64,000 nt of DNA from Schizochytrium sp. TIO01 (taxonomy: Eukaryota; Protista; Bigyra: Labyrinthulomycetes). Each line of letters opens with the position of its first letter. Positions within the stretch are counted from its first letter, which is position 1. A program made the translations under genes and the position numbers. Under the pieces are notes generated by a model. It searched no databases. It saw only the letters and a program-made list of their open reading frames with translations, and had not been told where the DNA came from. Location of the stretch: positions 1,526,747 through 1,590,746 of the forward strand of contig SMSO01000037.1 of the NCBI GenBank assembly GCA_004764695.1. The letters run 5' to 3'. Below, in pieces: positions 49,001 to 58,620 of this stretch.

Positions 49001-49197
49001 CCCCTGCTTGGCTCTTATTGAATTTGATGAAAGATCCCTATGCGAACTTTGTTCTACAACGAGCATACGAAATTTCTGACGAACAGCGCCAGTCGCGCAT
49101 TGCTTCCGAGGTTGAGTCTCGACACGAAATCCTCATGCAGTTCACTCACGGACGGCACATTATTTCATTCCTGGCAAAACGCCGTGTGTCCAAGTAA
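46024..49197 (+). CDS. Pumilio/PUF RNA-binding protein
   Basis: A long low-complexity N-terminus (acidic, Q/M/N-rich) is followed by eight PUF repeats with RNA-facing motifs SRLLQ, NYVIQ, CRVVQ, SHVLQ, CRLVQ, NFILQ, SHLVE and NFVLQ, then HGRHII. The first ATG is at 46024. Confidence 0.93.
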   Translation: MQKSIRSRAVSPRMTTSTSNRSISMDEENVPPSENCSRMSNQNPNVTLFDSDNSKLKRSKSLTWDACTWNNNILDSVSSVCEEIPQDELASATLLDFLKSTGETPRLPKKSASFFEGGGEASLEFLSELAERGHPGSFHGNSVSDQTLGSTSDSPINQFSRSPLGSNKKLSRRATFANFPNNLSGDTLRGGADHMRLRREAGAYEHPPEWTTLPAMIEVEDSEGDEDDEDDDYSISQFDLTDFHSPENPAMSRRKMRLRRVNSAELVRRAFPEMLFDRITSEANLAGSGSTSNLQMNTPRVPMHIVEEEKEDDRTLGVRRSQTRPASSHDLLGATKEDYSDIHARVVDEDYEDDDEDEALPAAPKLMENGAFRHRTSSSSTDSSFPTTTTSGATSPALSPASPVPPGFSPMVSAQTQMNHHGSHPIPQDQHYQSLSSGSHAQNSPSVPMPPMQYPMGSSTFPTNVASIPGMPQMDPEMQQAMQQAMQQQFAMYMQQMLFAQQQAAAAANMNLGMNMGMSMGMNMNMGVGMNVSAPMHLGSGNNSYTASMHAQHFQGSHSHYANPGTRSRNSQRSPQRTSHAQQQQSALQKQRHGEFNRTSDSQNNQGSDIETHSAAYRQASNHYATQQQVSLTSSASSSSALMNNFKHKGTRPSPRELQGHVLEFACDSLGSRLLQQIMPRAAPEHQKALMDELIHDVLQVTCDLFGNYVIQVFLQHATSEQRDMVARIMRGSVLDLSKHAHGCRVVQRILELASPRERLELMEEVILDPNVLWEAAMDTHASHVLQKALLVLQHDLEPELTLRPGRGLKPTTLARGSGTGSSGAPRTHGGRSVAPHGSAANGHATNNHGQILSSMTRTENNELRERCRVLIETVEQLVSSEVMTMAINPNACRLVQRVLADCDRTRSDHVRIVMDVVESDYSRLALDQHGNFILQHILQFGQQDQANRIQEFVSSRCVDLAQHKFGSHLVEQCLVTGTLDQANFIVDQILDAPAWLLLNLMKDPYANFVLQRAYEISDEQRQSRIASEVESRHEILMQFTHGRHIISFLAKRRVSK

Positions 49198-50191
49198 TCT
49201 TACCATTCTAGGTCAAGTATGTAGAGTGTAGATGGTATTAATGGGCTGTTGTTCCGTCAATTTGCGGTCAAAGATGGGCTGCGAGATGTTTAGTGCTTAT
49301 GCATTTGAATGCATTTTCTTTGCTTGCATGAACATCATATTTCTGAAGATAAGATAGTGGTACTTATTGCGCTGGCCAACTGAACATGTTTCAGGTGCGC
49401 GGGGATGTTTTTTTGAGCCATAACGTGAAATGAAATTAGATCACGTCAACCCTTCTGATATTAAGAGATCCTGAGAGAATGCAATGTAATGATTCTCGAT
49501 TGAGTTGTTAGAGAAGGTATAAAAATCTTTGAATATATTCTTATGTTTTCTGCATCTTGTAGGTGGTGTGCGTAGAGACGAAAAACGTGGATACGGATTA
49601 TTAAGATCCTCGGTTTCACTTACGACTACATTTTCAAACTCTGTAGGTGAGTGCGTTGCCAGGCTTCCCAGTGTTCTGTGCAGGGCTGTGCGCTGGTAAC
49701 CAAGGTGAAAAGGACGAAAAGAGTGAATTTTCCCAAATTATAATATCCTAATGAAGGATTGTTTTATGTAAAACTTCGAGTCGAACGAAGCTGTGGATTA
49801 GAATTTTAACACATTCATTTACTTTATAATGAGACCTTCAAGGTAAAAGGGGGGAATGCGAGGGCAGGGCAGAGGATAGGTTGATCTGTTCATTAATTTC
49901 CATGTGTTCGTAATTATGTTTGTTTGCCTTGCATATTTGTTTGTCGATCAATTTAAAGATCTATTCTTTGTATTGATCCCGCCACAAGGACAATAAATTC
50001 AGGATGCTGGTAGGGGTTTACTTGGGCTATGCTTCACGAATGAAGTTTAGAGAACTCAGGTCGAGTTGACAGTGTTGTGTTTCTTTTAAGTCAATCTGCA
50101 AAGGCACGTTGGTGTATATGCACATTCAATATGTGAGCTAAAAAGGTTAGGTTTGAAAAAAAAAAAGAAGAAGAAAGACAGCGACAGTAAA

Positions 50192-51613
50192 TTAGCGTTT
50201 TGCCATTTTCCGGCGGCGCTCTCTCTCCCTCTCTTTCTTTTCTTCTTGCTCGGCTAGGTAGTCCTCGTATTGACCGATTCGAGCACTTTCCTCCTCCTCG
50301 CGTTCACTAAATTCACGAGAAGCAGAAAGCCTTTCTCGGCGTTGCTTCATCCATGAAGACATATCCATCGCCTCATCTTCTGAACCAGAGTCATTGTTTC
50401 CCGAGTCTGACAGGTCATCATCATCACTTCCATCCTTCGACCGCCGAGACTTTTTGCCATCTTTTTCTTTCTTCTGTTTCTTCTTTTTTTTGTCTTTTTT
50501 ATCACTCTTTTTTCGCTTATCCTTATCTTTGGAAGAGTTGGCATCGCTTCTGGACTTTCGAAGGCTGGGATCGTCCGGGTTTAAAGTTTTGACTTGTGTG
50601 GACTTCCGGGATTGCTCAAACTCACGCTTTCTTTTTTCTGCTCGGGCTGAGGATTCGGTAAAACGGGTTGCCGCCTCCTCCTTTGATATCTTAACGGCCT
50701 CGGCCTTGGCGCTTTCCTTTTTGGCTTGGGCCAAACGTTCCTTTAGGACTTTCGTGGTCATCTCGGCAGCTGATTTGACCTTTTCATTCGAGCTCTTCAT
50801 GAGTGAGGCGATAGCTCCACCTGCGCCGGTGCGTTTCATGTCGACGATTGTGATTCGCTTGATGTTTCGAATGCGATCGAGTAGGACTACCATATTTTTG
50901 TAATCCCTTGCCTTTGTTTCCTCTTTTAGCTTGCGTACACAGTCGTCCAGTGAGAGCAAGCTAACGCCGAAGCCAGTTAGGCGAGGTCGCTTCACATCTT
51001 CTCCTGCTGGTGTGGTAGCTTCACCACCATTTGTTGCAGCAGTAGATGGTGCAGGCGATGGTGTTCTTGAGGGCGACGGCGTTATGTCCAGTCCATTGGT
51101 TTCTTTGGTACCATTCTTGTCTGATATCAGTACCTCGCAACCTGGGCCTTTTTGACTACCAGACGAAGTCTTGGTTTCTGGTTGACCCTGCAGTTCTTGC
51201 CCCTTCTCCGCAGGATTTTGTACCTCTAGATTAAGCGAAGAAGGTTTTGAAGAAGAAGAAGGAGGCACAGGAGAAACAGTTGGAGATGTCAATAAGGTTG
51301 AGGCAGAAGCAGAAGAGACGTTTTGCACTTGAGTCTGTGCTGGGGAGACTGGCTGTGGACCTTTGAGAGCATCTAAAGCCTTTTGGCACTCTTGCTGGAC
51401 ATCATTTTTAAGAGCTGCAGCTCCGAGCTTACTTGCAGCGAGCTTGCCAAGAAGGGACTCCAAGGTGTTCCGGTTGGCTTGATCGACTTGCTGCTGGGCT
51501 TCGATCTCCGAGCGAAGGTCGCGCAGTGCGGTCACAAGGTTTTTGCAAGCGCGCTCCTCAGCCTCCACAGCGCGCAAGAGCGCCTTCTTACGCTCCAATA
51601 GCTCTAGCACCAT
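50192..51613 (-). CDS. Nuclear protein with N-terminal coiled coil, TFIIS N-terminal (TND/LW)-like domain and K/D/E-rich tail
   Basis: MVVLLDRIRNIKRITIVDMKRTGAGGAIASLMKSSNEKVKSAAE resembles the TFIIS-N helical bundle. There are lysine-rich NLS-like tracts. The start is placed at ATG 51613 because the upstream ORF extension is TCAT-repeat sequence. Confidence 0.75.
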   Translation of the reverse strand: MVLELLERKKALLRAVEAEERACKNLVTALRDLRSEIEAQQQVDQANRNTLESLLGKLAASKLGAAALKNDVQQECQKALDALKGPQPVSPAQTQVQNVSSASASTLLTSPTVSPVPPSSSSKPSSLNLEVQNPAEKGQELQGQPETKTSSGSQKGPGCEVLISDKNGTKETNGLDITPSPSRTPSPAPSTAATNGGEATTPAGEDVKRPRLTGFGVSLLSLDDCVRKLKEETKARDYKNMVVLLDRIRNIKRITIVDMKRTGAGGAIASLMKSSNEKVKSAAEMTTKVLKERLAQAKKESAKAEAVKISKEEAATRFTESSARAEKRKREFEQSRKSTQVKTLNPDDPSLRKSRSDANSSKDKDKRKKSDKKDKKKKKQKKEKDGKKSRRSKDGSDDDDLSDSGNNDSGSEDEAMDMSSWMKQRRERLSASREFSEREEEESARIGQYEDYLAEQEEKKERERERRRKMAKR

Positions 51614-53459
51614 TGCCTCGTCGCTCTCGCGCTCTCTCCTGCCGCTGAGGAGAGACTCGTCGAGAGCGCTTTGATGGAGAAGAAATGAATGAAAATACAA
51701 ATGGATGAGTGAATGATGAATGAATAAATGAATGAACAGTAATGAATAAAGGTAAAGCGCAAAATTGACGGTCCCACTCATGGTACCGAGAGCAACGCCT
51801 TTCGGTACCATTCTACAAATGCAGTAGTGTTAGCTACTAGGTACTATCTCCAACCTACTTACTTAGTTAAAGGCTATGTGGACCACATTTAAGGCAGTAG
51901 TTACCACACGAACCTCCACCTACCTACTATCACTGAGTTGAATGAAATTTAGAATGAGAGGCAAGTTGGAGTAGACTTTTAGTATTATGATGCCCTCTCA
52001 GAGGCTACTCGCTATCAATTCTTTGACTTAGGTTAAACTTAAATCAAAATGATCATAGTCGTTTGAGTACTATCACTCCTTTGACTTGCTTCATGTTAAA
52101 CATTCTCCAGATCATGATGGTAGTATCTGGGTAAGGTACCCAGCTACAATGGGTAGGCTAGGTTTGTAAGGATTACACGGAAACAAGGACGAACACCCAT
52201 CACTCTAACGCTAGTGAGCAGGTAGGTTCGCAAGCACTGCTAAATCAATGACTTACATAGAGTGATGGTAATCAACATCCTCTGCTAGGACTTATTGTCT
52301 TGCAAGGCAACAATAAGTATCAAAGGCCAGGCCCTCCCGTAAGAGTTCATCGAGGAAGCCTTGTCGTGAGCACCGTAAAGTTCAAAGACGTTTTTATAAC
52401 TTTCTTCACCCTCACAACCGTCAGTCCGGACTACTCTATTGTTGTTGTGAAGTTGTAGCATCTGACCGAGGTGTTGAGACGCGGGCTTCATGTTAAGCCA
52501 GTTGCGTTTTTGACGAAAGATGTGTAGTTATTTGATGAGCACGCTTGATGAGTAGCCGGTAGACGGAGTTTTGAGTTGATGGTAGTAATTAACGCCGGTC
52601 AATCCATATTGTGATGCACTATTTTCTTTGATAAGATAGAATTGGGCAGTTCCATCTTTGAGATGAGCTACATCGCGGTGACGATGCTGTAGCCTGAAGG
52701 ATCTAGCAGGCTGCCATTCAAATAAAGAAACACATCATAAAGTCAGACGGTAGCTTTCTTGGTCTGGCTTGCGAACTCTCCCCTGTCTAGCCGATGGATC
52801 AAGCTACCTTCTACTTCATCAAACCAAGCAATCTCCTTCTGGCCTAGAGAACTGTCGTGTCCTGCGGATTCGAGATAAAAAGTTCTCTGGAATCAGACAT
52901 TCATCAAGGATGACGTTTTCCTATTTCAAGTCACTACATCGCGAGCCCTATGTTGACGCTCCTCAAATTGCATATCTAGTTTGCGCAACATGAGTGAGCA
53001 TAGAACTATAAAATAAGATGCAGCTCCAGAAGCACCATGCAAGCAAATGAAACCTGGACCTAAGAGATTAGATAAACCATGTAGGAACATCAACGACTAG
53101 CTAGCACTAGGAGGAAGAGGAGGAGAAGCAGGGCACGCATGTTAAGGACACCATCTACGAGCGCTGCGATTGCTTAAGGATTCTCAGGATCTAGGAGATC
53201 ACAGTTTGGAACATTTTTTTTGTATAATCACAATGACGGATCAAACGTTTGTGGTATTGAGCGCTAGAGATGGCCAGGTTGTACCCAAAAGCTGTACGCA
53301 GGCAAACTTGATAGCAGTTGCTTGTGTTGGATCTGAAATGAAACTAGAATATGACTCACATAGTTTATATATCAAAATGTATGCTTTCTTTTGTTTTATT
53401 CTCTTCTCTTCTATATATCCTTTGGTATAAACCTTCAACTACTACTTGACACCAAGGTA

Positions 53460-54420
53460 TGTAACCATAAAAGTGTTAGAACTTACATAACCGTCGAACA
53501 GTACCACTGACTATTCCATATGGAAGAACTTTATGATTATTTAGGTCTTTGTCAAGAAGCAGAGGTCAGGTAAGAAAACGGAATGGCCAAGGAACCAACA
53601 AGCTGCAAACACTACAAATGAAGCAAACCTACAATACAAGCCAGCAAAGTATTTCAAACAGAATCTTGACGTCTCAGCAAGTGCCCTTCGGATGCTTAAT
53701 CGCATATACGCAAATGACGACGCTGAGGGCACCTATGGCGGAGGTTTGTTCCGGCAGCCGCGAGCAACGCAGCACTGGTCGTACCATTATCTACGCCAGG
53801 AGTGTCCTCTGCCAAGCAAAATTAGAATTTCAAATGCCAAATTTGTTATCTACAGCGTGCCTATCCAGACGCTTCCGCTGTTTACAGAGATATCGGTAAA
53901 GTTGTCGACTGCAAAAGGCCGGGCCCTACCGGATTACCGAGATTCACCGCAAGCTTGCACTTTGGCTTTGGGAAAACTACGGTGTTATCCTTTTGCCTAA
54001 ATTTGAAACCTCAACAAGTTAAGTTGTCAACTTGGAGACGGATCAAAATCAAAACAGCTCGAATGATGTGTCGTTCAATGATTTCCGCCACGCGCTCATT
54101 CACAAAGTCGAGCTTCCCCTCTGGACAGGTGGTGTAAACTAGTTTTTTGCCGAGACGATTGCACTTCAAAACCATGCAATGAATGCGGTACCATCCACGA
54201 CAAGCTCGGAACATCCGAGGTTTCGAATGCCTGCCTTTAAGAAAATGCAAACACGTAGCTGATTGTGATATCCACGCCAACAGAGGCATCCCTTTGTGCT
54301 ACCTATCCATCCAAGAACATGATTTAAAAATTGCCTTTGAATCTCCTCTCAGTTTTTATCTCGCGATTGGACTAATGCGTCCAACTTTGTCACAATAGGA
54401 AGTGCAAGTTCTGCAAGTTT
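53460..54420 (+). mobile_element. Decayed, internally deleted Fanzor (TnpB-like OMEGA nuclease) element, Fanzor2-type motifs
   Basis: Frameshifted motifs occur in canonical order: LRMLNRIYAN (about 53686), DIGKV, ITEIHRKLALWLWENYGVILLPKFETS (53933-54013), RRIKIKTARMM (54036), FRHALIHKVE (54083), WCKLVFCRDDCTSKPCNECGTIHDKLGTSEV (54130-54222) and FEC...KCKHVADCDIHANRGIPLCYL (to 54305). The element boundaries are approximate. Confidence 0.88.
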
Positions 54421-55021
54421 TATAGAATGAGACTATCTCACCACTCTTAATATTCACAGCTATCATTTCGTGCAGGCCTTTGCAGAGAAATCGACAACAG
54501 TGCCTCTGTGCCTTGTTAAGTATTTGCTAGAGTCCAAGTTCGATGATAATTGATGAGCAATTTTATGCAGAAAATTGACTCAGAGAAGAAGAACGGACTC
54601 TGATTCCTTGATGTCAGAGGCGTCCTCCGCTTGGGAATCTTTGTTTTTTGTGCAATAACACGAGGATCTAATCTAGAAATCCTACTAGTTTATTGAGTCG
54701 TGTTGTTTAGATTGATATACAAAATGGGCCAGGTATCGATGGATTCAAGTGGGCATTCCTTATCTACACCCCAGTAGTTACTATCTATGTATTTGTCTAT
54801 TTGTCTATCTACCTACCTACCTAGTACTATACTAGTCATTGTTGGGGGGGTGAGAGGGGAGAAAAGGTGATTTCAAGATTTCAGTTTGCTCAGAAGTCCC
54901 GCGTGTTCATGAAAATTGAAGAGAGAGCTCAGAGAGTGTGCGCAATGACAACCATGACGCCATAGATGATGTTTACCAAGCTTTTATCTCTAGCCCCTTA
55001 CATTATTACGAGTCATGGAGC

Positions 55022-55105
55022 GAGTGATTGTTTTGGCTCGAGGTTTACCCACCTTGCTAAACGATTTTAACTTATTACCTCTGACCAGCACGAGTAGTGA
55101 GAGTG
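55022..55105 (+). repeat. Dispersed short repeat family, copy G
   Basis: GAGTGATTGTTTTGGCTCGAGGTTTACCCACCTTGCTAAACGATTTTAACTTATTACCTCTGA...GAGTAGTGAGAGTG. Confidence 0.8.
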
Positions 55106-55809
55106 TAGGTACTTTTCTTTTTGAAAGCTATTTCCTTCGGACTCCTGTTGTGATGAAGTTAATGTAAATGGCTTTCAGGGCAAATGATCGCCTTCACGGC
55201 AGCTATACTGTATATAAGCTCATACCTCTGCTGTGTTGCCTTCGAGTCCGAGTTTGCTCGTTGTCAGAGTGTTTGAACAGGTCGCGAAGATGTGTAGTAA
55301 GTATGCGATTAGGCATAGGTATGCATGCGTTCACATCATTTGCGCGTGAGCGAGAAGCGGAATTACCTGAGGTTTCTAATAACAAGGTGAAACCGCTATC
55401 ACCATCACTAGAATCACTTATTTTTTCTTGTTGTCTTTGGTCCTTATAGAAGAAGATAGCTAGATTGAAATCTCTCTATATAGTGAAGTGGCCAAAAAAT
55501 AGAGAGAATGATGATAAGTACGCTCGGTCCGTAGCTACAATTCTCCATTTGAAATGTGATGCACGCCAAGTCTCTCTCAAGCTGAGTAATGGGGTTTGTG
55601 GTCAAGAATATATATATATTCTAATTAAAAAATTAATTACACACAAAAAAGGGATAAACGATAACATGTAGAGAGTATATAGCTGGGGTAGAAAGTTTAT
55701 TTCGGGAACTGTCTATGTCTGCGTTGGGTGAGAGATGCCGATGAGAAGGAATGCGAAGGCAATAGGTATCTCAGCACCAACCTACGACCACTCTAAGCTT
55801 AATCAATAT

Positions 55810-55884
55810 GCGATTGTTTTGGCTTGGGTTTCACCCAGGAAACTGAAAAAAGATCTTTGACTCATTACCTACTAGTGCGGGTAC
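55810..55884 (+). repeat. Dispersed short repeat family, copy H
   Basis: GATTGTTTTGGCTTGGGTTTCACCCA...AGATCTTTGACTCATTACCTACTAGTG. Confidence 0.65.
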
Positions 55885-56755
55885 ATATAGTTTTGATTTT
55901 TAATTAAAGGAACCTAAAAATGTAATTTTTCAGAATTATAGACTGGGAAGGAGGAAAGAACAAATTAGAAGTACTGCTAGATAAGCAGATGCAGCGTATC
56001 TATCAGAAGCAAAGAGAAGAGATTGACTCGGAGTTCATGCTACTCAACTCATTTCTCACTTCATTACCAGAAGAAGTAGAAGGTATGGGATTTCAGTACA
56101 AATTTTGGCAAATCTGTAATCGTTAGAAGTTCTTTCCTTTGCATGAGTCCTATCACCCCAAAGAAAAAAAAGAAAAGAAAAGTGCAGCAAACTAAGCAAT
56201 ATAGATATAGGCATACTACTACTAAATAGGTAGATACTTAACTACTGCCTCCTTGGAACTCTATACGACCATGCATACCTCAGTGGTAATACCTACTACT
56301 ACTATGATGATGATGATAATGATGATGCTGATATCGTGGTAAGGAATTACTCAGACGATTGTGCTTAAAGGATACCACTAAGAGGCAGGTAGGTATGTAT
56401 TTATGAAGTTAGGAATGATGTGATATCTACCTCCTTATACCCCTACCTATGTATCTACATAAGAGTATAGTCGATTATCAACTTTGGCGGAAAATTACTA
56501 CCCGAGGAATAGGAACTACACAGTACTAGTAGCACTAACTGGTTCTACTGGGAAAGAGAGAAAGCCTGGCAAGTAAGTAGATGACACCAACATTCGTTCA
56601 TTCTTTCACCAAAGCAAATCAGCAACGCAGTCTCCGTCTCTTAGGTCTTCAAAACCCTAACTCACAGCCCCCCTCTCCGCAAAGGCTTGACTCCTGGGTC
56701 AGCGAGCTACTCGGGCTGATACAAACAGAAACCAGCAAGTATACCGTCTAAGACC

Positions 56756-57961
56756 ATGAGCGCCGTTGGCAAGGACATCTTTATCGTTGCTGCCAAGCGT
56801 ACTGCCTTCGGTACGTTTGGTGGAAGCCTCAAGCACCTTTCTGCAGTCCAGCTTGGTGCTGAGGCAGCCAAGGGGGCTATTGCTCAGCTTCCCAGCGCAG
56901 ACATCATCGACACCGTACACATTGGCAACGTGCAGCAAACCACCACCGACGTTGCTTACCTTGCTCGTCATGTAGCGTTGAAGGCTGGTGTCAAGACTGA
57001 GGCCCCTGCCCTCACTGTAAACCGCCTCTGTGGTTCTGGATTTCAGTCTATTGTAAGTGGTGTCCAGGATATTCTTGTCGGTGATGCTAGTGTCGTTCTG
57101 ACTGGAGGCGCTGAGTCCATGTCTCAGGCCCCCTACCTTGTCCATGGTGTCCGCTTTGGATCTCCTCTCGGAGTGAACCCCCCCATGGTAGACTCCCTTT
57201 GGGAGGGTCTTCAGGACAAGCACGTTGGCTGCCCCATGGCCATCACTGCTGAGAACCTTGCAGAGAAGTACGGCATCACCAAGGAGGAGGCCGACAAGTT
57301 TGCTCTCCGCTCTCAGCAGAAGTGGGCTGCTGCCAACGAAGCTGGACTCTTTAAGGACGAGATTGTTCCGATCAAGATCAAGGATCGCAAGAAGGGCGAG
57401 ATTGACTTCGACACCGACGAGCACCCGCGCCCTCAGAGCACCATCGAGTCTTTGTCAAAACTCAAGCCGCTCTTTAAAAAGGATGGCACCGTATCAGCTG
57501 GTAATGCGTCAGGTATTTCGGATGGTGCTGGCGCTGTTGTCATTGCCTCAGCAGATGCTGTGAAGAAGCACAACCTCAAGCCCATGGCTCGTATTGTTTC
57601 CTACGCCATTGCCGGCGTTCCTCCTGAGATTATGGGCATTGGCCCGGTACCTGCCATCCAGGAAGCTCTTCGCCGCGCTAACCTCACCATTGACGATATG
57701 GACTTTCTTGAAATCAACGAGGCTTTTGCTTCGCAGTTCCTTGCCTGTCAAAAGGATCTTGGCTTTGACCTCGACCGCGAGGGAATCCAGTCTAAGGGTG
57801 GTGCCATTGCCCAGGGACACCCCACTGGTGCATCTGGCGCTCGCATCATGGGTTCCTTGGCCTACGAACTTGCCCGAAACCCATCAAAGAAGTATGCTAT
57901 CGGTAGTGCTTGCATCGGTGGTGGCCAGGGTATTGCCATTATCCTTGAGAATGTTGCATAA
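56756..57961 (+). CDS. ACAA2: 3-ketoacyl-CoA thiolase (mitochondrial ACAA2-like)
   Basis: AAKRTAFGTFGG, catalytic TVNRLCGSGFQ, GGAESMSQAP, DEHPRP, GNASGISDGA, EINEAF, GHPTGASG and SACIGGGQG. Confidence 0.96.
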   Translation: MSAVGKDIFIVAAKRTAFGTFGGSLKHLSAVQLGAEAAKGAIAQLPSADIIDTVHIGNVQQTTTDVAYLARHVALKAGVKTEAPALTVNRLCGSGFQSIVSGVQDILVGDASVVLTGGAESMSQAPYLVHGVRFGSPLGVNPPMVDSLWEGLQDKHVGCPMAITAENLAEKYGITKEEADKFALRSQQKWAAANEAGLFKDEIVPIKIKDRKKGEIDFDTDEHPRPQSTIESLSKLKPLFKKDGTVSAGNASGISDGAGAVVIASADAVKKHNLKPMARIVSYAIAGVPPEIMGIGPVPAIQEALRRANLTIDDMDFLEINEAFASQFLACQKDLGFDLDREGIQSKGGAIAQGHPTGASGARIMGSLAYELARNPSKKYAIGSACIGGGQGIAIILENVA

Positions 57962-58620
57962 ATTCCAGACTCGCTGTGAAGAGTTAACAGTTGTCAATTT
58001 TAATACTCAATGATATTTTGCTTATCTTAAATATGACCTATCCTTGTAATCTTTCTGAATGAAAACCTTCGTTTCACTTGAATGATGCCATCTCTCTCTG
58101 GGCTAATTTTACTCTGACATATTTGTTTTACTTTACGCGCTTGAAGTACTTGGTGGATATACACTTAGATCACGAGCAGACATAGGCACATCAGCCATGC
58201 TGACGTGAACTTAAAAAAGAAAAAAAAAAAAACTCCTGGGAGAACACCTTTTTCTTTTGTTAGAACAATTGTAAACCATGAAAATCTAGTTTTGTAGCGG
58301 TGGATTGAAATAGCCAAGCTTTAAGCATTTGTACGCATCATCAGTATGTAGACAGTGACTGTTCTCTAGCTAGAGACGCTTGTAATGCAGGAGATACGAC
58401 TATAAAGAACCCTTCAAACCTTTTGATAGACATATGGGACCATACAAACTATTTCTTGAGCAATCCTGATTCCGCTCGCTATGGTCTTTAGGGAGAAAGT
58501 CTACATGTAAAAACTTGTTGATGCTATCAAAAAGCACAAAAGCAAGTTTATGGTGAATTTTCTTAGAAGTATAATATTTTCAGAGTTGCGGGTTCCAAGT
58601 TTTGATCTAGATGATAATTA

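Noticed and set aside
51614-51811. ORF-track N-terminal extensions of several genes (also 23596-23694, 61673-61714, 28016-28027, 45979-46023)
   Set aside because: They run through low-complexity UTR-like sequence or use non-ATG starts, so downstream ATGs were chosen.
52200-53460. Search for an IS607 serine recombinase or other transposase upstream of the Fanzor
   Set aside because: No YxRVS-type or DDE motif was recognised. The 52285-52740 minus strand looks vaguely coding but could not be assigned.
53692-54000. ORF-track 102-aa ORF and neighbours (53549, 53955, 54011, 54183) as independent small genes
   Set aside because: They are frame fragments or shadows of the decayed Fanzor.
56699-57424. 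241-aa ORF antisense to thiolase, and similar ORFs inside the desaturase, kinase, PUF and delta-COP genes
   Set aside because: These are antisense or off-frame shadows of well-supported genes.
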